DNA of 64,000 nucleotides from Parachlamydiales bacterium. Its GTDB lineage: Bacteria > Chlamydiota > Chlamydiia > Chlamydiales > JAJFMK01. This document shows, piece by piece, positions 32,301 to 42,919 of the stretch; position 1 is the first letter of the stretch, and each line of letters begins with the position of its first letter. A program made the position numbers and the translations under genes. The notes below the pieces were generated by a model that worked only from the letters and a program-made list of their open reading frames with translations, did not search any database and was not told the origin of the DNA. The DNA lies in the NCBI GenBank assembly GCA_963765145.1, contig CAVXVG010000026.1, positions 1-64,000 of the forward strand, read 5' to 3'.

Positions 32301-35300
32301 TCCGAGTCAACAATTACGGTTGCTCCATCAACGAGAACAGTTCCCCCCGATTGTGTGTTGTCCGCTGTCAAAATGACCGCGCCGGGTCCGGAAAAAGCCA
32401 AACTTCCGAGCCCTGAAACTGGACCTGAAATCGTGCTAGAAGTAGAAGGTGCAAGGGTAATGGTCTGATTGCCTGCTAAATCGATAGCATTGGCATAACG
32501 GCCGTCTTTAACAAACTGTAAGGAACCTCCGACTGTACTTCAACGTTCCGGTTCCCAATGGATTGGTTCCAGATGTTTGTATCGTTCCAGCCTCAAAACT
32601 GGTTCCATCAGCGTAGGTGTTGTTTGATAAAACAAGCGTTCCGTCAGGACTATTGAATAACAAACCACCGGAACCGGATAAACCACCTGTGAATGTAGCT
32701 GTATGGCCACTGCCTACAAGTATAGGGCTATTGGCGAGGTCAAAGACCACAGGATTAGAGAAGGAACTGTTGCCAGTCACTTCAAGGCTGCCCCCATTCC
32801 ATCTAATTTGTCCAGGCCCTATTGGGTTGATGCCACTCAACTGCAATGTTCCACCGGCAAGAGTGATTGCGCCTTTGAAGCCTTTGCCATTGGTCAGTGC
32901 AAGGGAACCAGACCCATTTAGTTCAAAAGGAGTGTATCCTGTAAATGCCCCTATAATGGCATTAGAGCCTCCACTTAAACTGATGGTTGAAAGGCCGGAG
33001 GAAAGGGCAATGTTATTTGTAAAAGTGTCACTGCCAGATAGATTTAAGGTGGAGCCGTTCAAGAAAATAGAACCGGTTCCCAATTGGCTTTGATCGGCAG
33101 CGCTCAAGACCACGCCATTGCCTACGGTAAAGCCGCCTGCATAATTTTCGTTGTTTCCTGCTAAAACAAGCTGTCCGCCATCAGACCCAGTAATGTGTAG
33201 AGCTGAGCCTGAAAGGATCCCGCTCCATGTGTTGGTCGAAGAGCCTACATTTAAAAGGGCTGAACGTACTGCTAGCGCTTGATTGAAAGTGCTGCTGCCC
33301 GTTAGATGAAGCTCTCCTTTTGCCATAGCAATAGAGGCGCCCCCTAAATTTGAACTGTCTTCTACTTGCAGAGATCCAGATATTACAGTGATGAGCCCTG
33401 TGTAGTCTGTATTGTTTCCTGATAGCTGTACGGTGCCGGGGCCTGCAAAGTCAATGTTGCCTGAGCTTGTGTTGATATTTCCAGAGAAGGCGCTTGTGCC
33501 AGATTGTGCAGTGATAGTTGTCGTCGGAGCATTGGCAGTCCAGCTGTTGGCATAGGCTCCATCTCCTGTTAGAACAAGGTTTGTGCCGTCGAGGATGACA
33601 GTGCCAACTCCTATTGGATTTGTTCCCGATGTTTTAAGTGTGCCGGACTGAAGGTCAAATGTTCCGCTAAAGGGTGTGTTTGTGCCTGTTAACTGCAATG
33701 TTCCTGGGCCCTGATAAGCAATTGTAGTGGTGTTATTTCCATTAATAATACCTGCATGGGTGCTTGTAGAGCCATTATCTGCTTCAATGGTTAATGATGA
33801 TTGATTAGCAAGATACAAATCGTTACTAAAGATTGCGCCACGGTCAAGGAGATGGAGAGTGCCTTGATCAAAATGAAGAGGGCTATTTGAAAGGGAGTTG
33901 GTGCCCAATATACCTAATGTGGCCCCATTGACTTGCGTTTGACCAGAGAACGTGTTGTCGCTGCTTGTGACGTGGACAGCACCCGGACCGTTGATTGTGA
34001 GAAGTGCACTTCCTTCGATCAAGGTAGATGGGCCAAATTTACTAACAGTTCCTGTATGGGTTTGTAAGGTGACAGGACCATTTAAAGTCACCGAGCGGTT
34101 TTTATAAGTACCGCTGCCAACAAACTCAAGAGAGTCATTGAGTGTGAGGTCTCCGACGCCGAAAGGGTTAGTTCCAGATGATTGGAGGGCAGTCGCGCTA
34201 ATATCGCCAGTGTAAGAGGTGTTGTTCTTAGTAGGGGTAAAAGCTAATTTTCCTTCTTTAGATGTTGCCTGAATGGCTCCAGATCCACTTAAAGATCCGG
34301 TCAATGCGCTATTTCCTGAAGTTGCTGTCATAGCGACCGAGTTTGCAGCATGGATGACACTCGGAAGATTGGTTGACGCAAAACCTATCTGCGAAGCCGA
34401 AGGACCAATTTCAAGAGTAGATGAGGGGCCGATGGGTTGATCACCAGAGAAGTTTAATTGGGCAATATTGTTTAACAGGGTTCCTGAATAGGTTGTCGAA
34501 CTGTTTGCACTGATTGTCGCAGTGCCTTTACCTTCAAATTCTAGTTGTGCAGTTCCGGTGATAGGGCCAGAGAAACTTGCGCTAGAAGAGGGATCGATAA
34601 CGATCTGACCGTTGCCTAAAATATTGGTTAGACGAGCGGTATTGAGTGAAGAACCTGATTTGGAGACATGAATACTTGCTACTGAGTCAGATGATGAGTT
34701 GGGCAAAAAGGTGATGGGCCCAGTTGCTGCCCCAAAACTTTCATCGCCACTCAATGGGTAGACAGTTGCCCCTGGGCTAATTTCTGTTCCACCTGAATAG
34801 GTGTTTGCAGTTGAGGGTTTTAACCTATAATCGCCAGTTCCGGAAAGGGTCACTTTTCCTGGAGTTTCTCCATCTTGAATCAATCCTGTGGCTTGGAATT
34901 CAGCATTGTTTTTGAATGTGCCTTGCCCTGAAATAGTAATAGTTCTTGCTGTGGTCAAGTTGTCAGACTGTAAAGTACCCCCATTTAGGTGAATAGGGTT
35001 AGAGGCCAAGCCTAAATCTTGATCCGAATGAAAAGCTAAAGTACTGCCAGAGCCAACAGTCACTGTTCCTGAATAATTTCTATTTCCAGGCCCAGCTGGA
35101 AGGGTTAAAGTGCCTGTCCCATTGACGTTGAGACCGCCCGAAGATAGTGATGCTGCGCCCGGCGCGCGAGCACCTCCATCGCCCCACAGATCAATTGTGG
35201 GATTTGTGTTGGTCATGTTGACAGTCAAAGTAGAGCCTGCTGTCATGAAAACGTCTTGTCCTAGACCGTGTCCAGAAGAGGCTTGCTCGATGCCGTTGGT

Positions 35301-36842
35301 TCCGCCTTTGCCCCCTTCAGCCCTGTTCGAGCTAAAACGGCAATCATTTAAGACGACAGTGACGGCTTCAAGAGGGGTGGTACCCGAATCTAAGTAGAAG
35401 GTACCTCCAAGGCCAGCACCACCGCCGCCACCACCACCATAGACCAAACCTTCTGAAGTTTGGACAATCGCTCCTTGCCCACCACCAAAACCAGCGGTGG
35501 CAGCCGCAGCGGTTGAATAAGGGCCCGAACCGCCACCACCACCCCCAAATCCACCAGCGCCGCCAGCGCCAGATGATGTTGAAGCTGTTGCAGAGCCACC
35601 GCCACCACCACCACTGTAGACGCCGCCAGTGCCTCCATTTCCGGAAGCAGTTTTGCTATGGCCACCACCGCCGCCGCCACCACCACCATATGTGTAAACA
35701 CCTGTAGGGGAGTTACTATTCCCTCCATGCGAAGAACCAGCTACTTTGTCGCTTGTGCTTCCAGAACCGCCGCCACCGCCACCTTGGGCTGAATGTTCGC
35801 CGTTACTGACTTCATAGTTTTTATTCAAAACAAAATGGCCGCCAGCACCGCCTCTATCGGCAGTTTCAGAAGAGGTTCCTTCGGCTCCGATAAAATTGGC
35901 TAGGTTTGGGGGGAAAGAGGGGTTAATAGGTGGAGGCACATGCTGTCCGCTCACATGGTTTGAGGCTCCTCCGCCTCCACCAAAGCTTTCAGTGGAACCG
36001 CCCGGAGCAGAGTTCTCAGATTTTCCTCGAGGAATTCCCCCTCCACCACCGCCACCGCCGCCATAGCCACCGTTTGTACTACCTTCGGCGATCACGTTGG
36101 CAGTTTCACCATTTCCTCCGGCTCCATTCGGTCCGGCACCACCTCCACCGCCCTCAACAAACTTTCCAGAACCTGCAGGAGAGCCGGTATAATTGAAAGT
36201 TCCATCGCCTCCCGCACCCCCTTGAACTGAGTTGTTAGAAAAAGTGGTATTAGAGTAGGTCGTAGTTCCAGTGCCAGGGCTGATATAAGCAAAGCCACCT
36301 AACGCAGCGCCTCCGCCTCCGCCTGCTGCCCCATTACCACCCGAGGAGCCTTGTGTGGAGAAGTTCTGAAAAGTGACGTTTGCAATGTTTAAGTTCTTAG
36401 AAACTGCCCCAGCGGCATATTTATTTTGACCATCAATGACAGCAGGTTTATCACCGCCCCCAATGATTTTGAGTCCTTCTGCCGATATGGGGGGAAGAGA
36501 ACTTTTTAACTGAATCGGCTGAGTGGTTTTGATGACAATCGTATGTTGTTGATTGGGTTTCTTTTGGGCCCTTCTAATGGCATCGCGGAACGTTCCGGCG
36601 CGAGGAGCTTCTTTTAAATGCTCTGCATAATCGCCGGCATTCGTCACATAGAAAACATCACTTGAGGCTGCTTGTGGTGCAGCAAGGGCAAGTAAAGTTA
36701 GGAGAAGGGGACAAGTTTGCGACTCGCTAAATAAATCTCGCAGAGAGGGTTTAGGAGCTGTTTTTTCTTTCCGTTTTGATCCGATTCGATGACCCATTTT
36801 TCCCCAAGTCCTGATAACAACATTGTGTGGAGAATAGGACAT
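29399..36842 (-). pseudogene. Giant autotransporter AT4 (~2480 aa) split by one +1 frameshift near 32531, possibly a sequencing error
   Basis: Removing one base in AGTCGGA gives KYSGGSLQFVKDGRYANAIDL...GSLAFSGPG, fusing ORFs 32508-36842 and 29399-32401; ends LELTYLF. Confidence 0.85.
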
Positions 36843-36870
36843 CCCTCCTTTTTTTCACACGATTTTGAAT

Positions 36871-37014
36871 GAAGCCAACTCCGAGTCGACCGCAGCAGCG
36901 CCCGCGACCGAAGCTCGCGAAGCAAGAACTGATGGACGGATCATCATAGATGAGTAAAGAAGCAATCGACAGAAGCGTCGTAAGCGTCGTCTGAGTGCTT
37001 ACTCCGATCGTATC
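36871..37014. repeat. GC-rich intergenic element with a central hairpin; possible dispersed palindromic repeat
   Basis: TCATC-ATA-GATGA at 36941-36953; composition unlike its flanks; no credible ORF. Confidence 0.4.
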
Positions 37015-37055
37015 AGAGCCGATTTAATCTGAGAAAAGGTCTTCCGAAGCTTTTT

Positions 37056-40000
37056 TTAATCGCCAATAACTTCTTGAATCGGACGGTTTAAAGCGTCGTA
37101 TAGAATCTTTTTCGATGAGCCATTAGGGAGGATAATCTGTGCCAATCCATGAGCATTATTATACCTATAGTGGGTCACTCCTCCTTCAGCGTCGATGATT
37201 TTGGTAAGGTTATAGTTCTCATCGTATTCTAAAATGGTTTCATATCCGTTGGCATCTTTAATCCAAATCAAATTGCCAACTTCATCGTAGTTATAGCTGA
37301 CGTGACCCACTGGACTCGATATTTCTATGACTTGATCTCGTTCATTATAGGTATATTCGAATCTCCCTTCTGTATCGTCAATACTGCACAACCTTGATCG
37401 GTTATCAAATTTTCTTCGAATTTTATATCCATATGGATCAGAGATTTCTGTTAATCTTCCTTCAACGTTATATGAAAAGAGCTTTGCCAACTCATTTCCC
37501 TTTTTAATCGCTGTCACGGTTCCTGTCTGGTCGTCAATCTCATATTCAACTGCTTCAATGGGCTCATAATGAAAGGTAGTTTGGCCAGAAGTAAGATCTT
37601 CACTTATTAAATAGCCGTAGGGAAAAAAGCTCTTAAGCCGCCCTTTTTCATCGTAACGATAGATTTCCGCTCTCTTTCTTCCATCCAGTGCAGCATTTAA
37701 TCGATTCGAGGTTGGATCATACCAGAACCTTTTTTCTATCCCTGCGCTGTTTATGATCGAAATGAGGTTTCCGTTACGGTCATAACCATATTTTGTTTCT
37801 TGGCCAAAGCCATTTTTTATTAGCGTGGGTTGGATGACGCCATTTTGATAGGAAATTTCAATGTGACGACCGAATGAGTCATTAGATTTTAGCAGACGAT
37901 AATTGGAGTCGTATTGGTTAAAGACATTTAGATGATTAGGTCCTTGTATCCGCTCTGCGTGATCTTTTAAGCTGAATTCTTTATTTATTTCTGTTGCCCC
38001 ATTCGTTAGCGTGATAGCACGGTGGTAGTTATCATAGGTGGCACCAAATAGCACTCTTTTTTTGGCGTCGTAAATTGCATCCAGATTTTTCTCAGAATCA
38101 TAGCTATAGAAAACTATTGGACCAACTTGGTCAGCGACTGAATAGAGTTGATTATTTGCATCATACTGGTAAGAAATAATTTTTCCACCAGGTCCGATAC
38201 TGCGTGCAATTCGTTCATTTTCGTATTCTAATTGGATTTTTTTGCCATTCCGGTGGGCCATGGCTATCAATCGATCGTTATGATCGTAGGTATACTCAAT
38301 ACCTTGCCCCTGCTTATCAACTTTTCGGAGGAGTTTTCCTTCACTGTCAAAAAACATTCTAGCATCTTCTTTATGCAAAATAAAGTTCCCTTTTTCTTGT
38401 TCCTCAAGAACGAAGGCCAGCCCATTTGTCGTGTAGATTGGCAAGGACTTCAGGTTAAACCCGTGCAACCGATAAACAAACTCTCTTCCCTCGTCAGAGA
38501 CAAGGATGTCAGGAAATACATCTCTTACAATATTTCTCTCTTCCCATTTAAATTGTCCTTTTCCCCTACGAAAATGTAGTGATGAGGAATTCAATTCCCA
38601 GCCCTTACCAAACCCGGAAGAACGCTCATTAAATGAATTGTAATAACGGACTAACTCAAAGGGGAACTCTCCTGAAAGGTGGAAACGCATGTCCGTAAAT
38701 GCTTTTCGGATGTTGCCGATTTTGAGCGTACGTTCAACAGTGTGTGCGATGGCTTTGAACCCGTTGCCGAACGAACGATCCATATCCCACGCCATTTCAT
38801 TTTCTGAAGGTCTTGAATAGAGGACACTTTGTTGCAAAGCGTCAGGTGCAATACCACAGACTTGACGGAAGTTGCCTTCAGATAGCTGGAGAGCAACTCC
38901 TCCGATTATGTGCCTGATTTCAGGTGGTCTAGTATAAAGTGAGAAAATCGCAGGGGTAGCCGAGGGTGTCAATGCGTCTTTTGGTATATAGTGACTGAAT
39001 AAAGAAAGATCGAGTGGAATGCTGTTTTCTTGCATCCATTTGACAATGGCAGTTATTTTTCCAAGATGTTTGAGTTCAATCAAAATCGGATAGAGTTTAG
39101 CAAACTCATCGAAATGATCGGTAAAATGTTTTGCAAAATCCTCTAGAGCAACATTATCTTGTTGCCGGTTATTTCGCTTAGATTCCGTCAAAACCTCCAT
39201 CTCTGCTCGATCAAATACAATGGAGTTGCCGTCTGCAGTCTTTGTCAGAACAACATCTTTCGGCACAAACCACATACGATCAAAGAAACTGGAATTACGT
39301 TCCATCTTGAGTTGCTTATTGGAGTATCTATTAGGAAGGGAAATGAATCCACGAACGTTAGGCTTCAATTCTTTTTTTGTAATATTGTCCTTTCCATTAC
39401 TAAGACACTTTAGTAATCTGTCGGCCTCAAACATGACCTTGCCAAACCGAGTCCCTTCTGTTACCCCTTCATAGCGGACTACCATGGGAGAGAGACGATT
39501 AAAGTCGAATTTTTCAAGTTTTGTTTTATTGTCGGGATTCCAATCGATGGAAACACCAGGGTTCTGTGGCGGCTTTCCTCCAAGCCCGTAAATCGAGCGC
39601 ACAGCGACCGCAAGGTCATCAAAATCCATGGGCGGCAAGGAATAATTTTGAGAGCCAACTAAGATCAATTGTCCTGATACGGGGTCATAAGTAGCGCCAA
39701 GAATGTCTGAAAGCGTTCCTATAAGCTGCGCTGTCTGATCAAACGAGACACCGCCAAGGTCACCTGAAGAAACCGCACTAATGGGGCAAGTAGGTTTAAC
39801 TGTTGAAGGCCAGAAACGGTCAGGGTCTGCTACGAACCTCATATCTTGTTCCATGGCTTTTTTAAAGTTGTCTTGTCCGTTCAAGCTCTCCAACCAGATA
39901 ACCGCCTTTGAAGGGGTTGAAACTCCCATTACATTAAAGCTTGGATGCTCAACTCCTAAAACTTCTAACCCTCTCTCCAGCCCATCAATGCAGTTCCCAG

Positions 40001-41726
40001 CAACACCTAAATAGCTTCCTTGTTTAATTACTTTTACTATTTCATTAATTTGTTTATCTGTTGCAGGCCACTCGTAATAAGCAGTATTTGGTGTTAATTC
40101 ATCTATTTCACGAGGGCCACCAGGATACCTTCCCACAGTCGTCTGCTCGCCATTATCTTTCGTTAGAACCCAAAATCCATGCCCAGTAAGGGATTCGCCA
40201 TGAGTTGTCATAGTACCTGCTGGATAGGCACAGGCTTTGGCGGATCTTAACCCCAATGGATCTATGAAATTCACAGGGTTGTTATCGGCGTACGCATAGG
40301 GGTTAAAAGTTTGGGGGTTACTTAATTTTCCAAGACTTGGATCGGCCGATATAAACCTCCCAATCTCGGGGTCGTAGTATCGGTTCCTAAGAAACACTAA
40401 TCCGGTTTCCATTTCATAGGCTTCACCGGCATAGGTAAAAGGATTAGGAGTTGTAGAAATAGACCCACTAGGCAAGCCAAATGCTTCGTAATTATAGATG
40501 TTACAAAATTGTTCTCGTTCATTTATTAGTCCAATAACGTTTCTATCGGGATAGTCGTAAAGGTAAGAATAATAGCCGCTAGGGCTTACTTGAGTTAGCC
40601 GTGACAGACCATAGATGTACAACATTTTTGGAATCTTTTCCTCTGTTGTTTCGAGCAGAACTTGTGTTATTGGTGAGCGTGTGTCGTTGATATAGAAAGT
40701 TTTTTCCCCGTTTACCGTTTTTGAAATACGACGACCTTCACCGTCGTAGGAATATTGAATGTTATAGGTATGATCTCGATAGGAAATTAGATTGTCGTGA
40801 ACATCATAAGCATACTCCACGGTTTTATTCGGGCTTTGTTTTTTAATTAAATTCCCACGGTCGTCGTAGGACAATTTGTTTTCACTATATTTTTTTAATC
40901 GATTGTTTTCGTCATATTTGTAATGGATCAAACCTAGGGAAGTTTCTTTTGTAAGGCGGTTGCCAAGATCGTCATAGGTATATTTTTCAAACCTCTCTGG
41001 ATATTTTACATAGACCAGTCGATTGAGTTTATCGTAGGAAAAATCGATAACTTTAGAGCCTCTTTTCCCAGTTTCGACCGTACGGATCCGATTACCATTT
41101 CCATCAAAGAGGTACTGAAAACCTGCAATGAGTGTTTTATCAGAATGTCTATGGGAGATTGAGATAATTCTTTTGGCTTTGTCATACCCATATTCGGTTG
41201 TGACTCCTGTGGGAAGGATGATTTTAGAAAGGGTATTATTTGCCTGATCATAAATGTATTCCGTTTTGCCTTGAGGCGAATCTACAGACACTAAGCGATC
41301 AGCGGAATCATAAGAATAGGAAACTAGGTGCCCGCTAAGATAGAGGATCTGGTGGATGCGACCTCTAAGATCATAAGAATAACGAACATGGACTGTGTCG
41401 TCCCTAGCCACATTAACTAGCCGATTCAAAAGATCATATTCATATTTGGTCACCCCATTTTCATCATTTACCTGAAGGCAATTACCGTTCACATCGTATT
41501 GATAACTAAAAACTTTCCCATCCGAATCGTCGACTTTAACAAGTTGTTGCATCTGGTCATATTCGTACTCAATAGAACAGTTATCAGCTGGAACGACCTT
41601 TTTCAAATTGCCAGCTTCATCGAACTCAAAAAAACGGTAAAAAGCTGTAGCTTCTATTTGGAGACAAAAAAACCAAGTAAACACACAACAAAATCCAAAA
41701 AATTTATAGATTTTATCTAAAAACAT
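37056..41726 (-). CDS. Rhs/YD-repeat protein with permuted domain order
   Basis: Signal-like N-terminus; YD repeats; core RYYDPEIGRFISADP...PYAYADNNPVNFIDPLGL at about aa 450-493; DUF6531-like FELVRYYNS...GFGKGW at about aa 1010-1045; YD repeats to the C-terminus. Confidence 0.9.
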   Translation of the reverse strand: MFLDKIYKFFGFCCVFTWFFCLQIEATAFYRFFEFDEAGNLKKVVPADNCSIEYEYDQMQQLVKVDDSDGKVFSYQYDVNGNCLQVNDENGVTKYEYDLLNRLVNVARDDTVHVRYSYDLRGRIHQILYLSGHLVSYSYDSADRLVSVDSPQGKTEYIYDQANNTLSKIILPTGVTTEYGYDKAKRIISISHRHSDKTLIAGFQYLFDGNGNRIRTVETGKRGSKVIDFSYDKLNRLVYVKYPERFEKYTYDDLGNRLTKETSLGLIHYKYDENNRLKKYSENKLSYDDRGNLIKKQSPNKTVEYAYDVHDNLISYRDHTYNIQYSYDGEGRRISKTVNGEKTFYINDTRSPITQVLLETTEEKIPKMLYIYGLSRLTQVSPSGYYSYLYDYPDRNVIGLINEREQFCNIYNYEAFGLPSGSISTTPNPFTYAGEAYEMETGLVFLRNRYYDPEIGRFISADPSLGKLSNPQTFNPYAYADNNPVNFIDPLGLRSAKACAYPAGTMTTHGESLTGHGFWVLTKDNGEQTTVGRYPGGPREIDELTPNTAYYEWPATDKQINEIVKVIKQGSYLGVAGNCIDGLERGLEVLGVEHPSFNVMGVSTPSKAVIWLESLNGQDNFKKAMEQDMRFVADPDRFWPSTVKPTCPISAVSSGDLGGVSFDQTAQLIGTLSDILGATYDPVSGQLILVGSQNYSLPPMDFDDLAVAVRSIYGLGGKPPQNPGVSIDWNPDNKTKLEKFDFNRLSPMVVRYEGVTEGTRFGKVMFEADRLLKCLSNGKDNITKKELKPNVRGFISLPNRYSNKQLKMERNSSFFDRMWFVPKDVVLTKTADGNSIVFDRAEMEVLTESKRNNRQQDNVALEDFAKHFTDHFDEFAKLYPILIELKHLGKITAIVKWMQENSIPLDLSLFSHYIPKDALTPSATPAIFSLYTRPPEIRHIIGGVALQLSEGNFRQVCGIAPDALQQSVLYSRPSENEMAWDMDRSFGNGFKAIAHTVERTLKIGNIRKAFTDMRFHLSGEFPFELVRYYNSFNERSSGFGKGWELNSSSLHFRRGKGQFKWEERNIVRDVFPDILVSDEGREFVYRLHGFNLKSLPIYTTNGLAFVLEEQEKGNFILHKEDARMFFDSEGKLLRKVDKQGQGIEYTYDHNDRLIAMAHRNGKKIQLEYENERIARSIGPGGKIISYQYDANNQLYSVADQVGPIVFYSYDSEKNLDAIYDAKKRVLFGATYDNYHRAITLTNGATEINKEFSLKDHAERIQGPNHLNVFNQYDSNYRLLKSNDSFGRHIEISYQNGVIQPTLIKNGFGQETKYGYDRNGNLISIINSAGIEKRFWYDPTSNRLNAALDGRKRAEIYRYDEKGRLKSFFPYGYLISEDLTSGQTTFHYEPIEAVEYEIDDQTGTVTAIKKGNELAKLFSYNVEGRLTEISDPYGYKIRRKFDNRSRLCSIDDTEGRFEYTYNERDQVIEISSPVGHVSYNYDEVGNLIWIKDANGYETILEYDENYNLTKIIDAEGGVTHYRYNNAHGLAQIILPNGSSKKILYDALNRPIQEVIGD

Positions 41727-41738
41727 AAATTTCTCTTT

Positions 41739-42239
41739 TTATTTGGTGTAAAGGGCAATCCACTTAACTTGGATAGGTTCCGGCAACTCATCATCATCAT
41801 AAAAAACTACTCTTCCTATTGGGGTGACAAATTCCCGAAAGGGGACGTTATTTCTTGAGTTGATAGGATCTAAGATAATATCCATTTTCCACCAATTAAT
41901 GTTGTCAATGCTATAAGCCAAAGTTCCCCATGCCAAAGCTCCTCCATCATTTTTAATCCGGAGTGCAACATTAACAGTATGATGGGAAAGTTCTTTATTT
42001 GTAGGTTGCTGAAGTTCTATTTCAGGGTGACTTAAAGATTGAATGACCTGCTCATCGGTTAGAAGGTAGGGTTTTATTTCAATTTTTTTAGCATAGCCCG
42101 GGTTCCAAAACATCATCCGGACAAGGAAGAACTGTTTGTCCCCAGTAATTGTATCTTTAACTTCATAGAAGGCTAGGGCCCCCAATACGATGGCAAGTAT
42201 GATAAAGCTTAGTGATGGTTTTTTCATTTTTACTCCCAC
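41739..42239 (-). CDS. Membrane-anchored/exported hypothetical protein in the Rhs operon
   Basis: KKP plus a hydrophobic helix at the N-terminus; ends 12 nt before the Rhs start. Confidence 0.7.
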   Translation of the reverse strand: MGVKMKKPSLSFIILAIVLGALAFYEVKDTITGDKQFFLVRMMFWNPGYAKKIEIKPYLLTDEQVIQSLSHPEIELQQPTNKELSHHTVNVALRIKNDGGALAWGTLAYSIDNINWWKMDIILDPINSRNNVPFREFVTPIGRVVFYDDDELPEPIQVKWIALYTK

Positions 42240-42562
42240 AGAATCATTTCGCCATTCTTAAGGCAGAGATAAATTTTGTCTTTCTTGCGAGGTGTTCCTG
42301 CAGTAGTAGTTTGGATTGTGATAGTGAACCCTTCGGAAGGTGTTTCTTTTAATAAGTCTTCAATTGGGGGTGTAGAAGAGACAGGCGGTTCCTTAAAAAC
42401 GATGTTTTTATTTTCTAGGACATCTGAATGGTCTTGTTGTTCTGGGGGAACGACGATAATGTTTTCGAAAAGGGGCCATTGTATCGGCTCTTCTAATTTT
42501 TCTTCCGAGAAAGCGGGCACTGTTAATAAGCAGCAGGCCAATCCCATTATATAACGTATCAC
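42230..42562 (-). CDS. Signal-peptide hypothetical protein in the Rhs operon
   Basis: GGAGAG RBS with GTG start; LACCLLTVPAFS signal; overlaps the next gene. Confidence 0.65.
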   Translation of the reverse strand: MIRYIMGLACCLLTVPAFSEEKLEEPIQWPLFENIIVVPPEQQDHSDVLENKNIVFKEPPVSSTPPIEDLLKETPSEGFTITIQTTTAGTPRKKDKIYLCLKNGEMILWE

Positions 42563-42697
42563 TTTTTACTCTCCTAGTAATGAACGGACATCTTACCGCC
42601 GTCGATGCTAGCATGTTTGCACTCTTTCGTGTTGTTTTTCTTACTAAAAAAACATACCTAAAACCGCGCGCCTCTCTTACTGATCGGTGCTTTGAAT

Positions 42698-42865
42698 GGC
42701 AATCATTTAAGACGACTGTGACGGCTTCAAGAGAGGTGTCCCGCATCTAAATAGAAGGTACCTCCCAGGCCGGCACCACCACCGCCGTAGCCACCGTTTG
42801 TACTACCTTCGGATGTCACGTTGGCAGTTTTACCATCTCCTCCGGCTCCATCCGATTCGATGACC
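42698..42865 (-). pseudogene. Internally deleted relic of an AT4 paralogue
   Basis: Three collinear pieces match 35339-35429, 36058-36127 and 36779-36794. Confidence 0.85.
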
Positions 42866-42919
42866 AATGTGTAACAAGGCCGTTTAGCACTCTTGGCTTT
42901 GGCCCAGCCCCTTTTCAGT

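Noticed and set aside
18170..36196. Pro-rich and Val/Pro-rich + strand ORFs inside the autotransporters
   Set aside because: They are antisense shadows of Gly/Thr-rich coding sequence.
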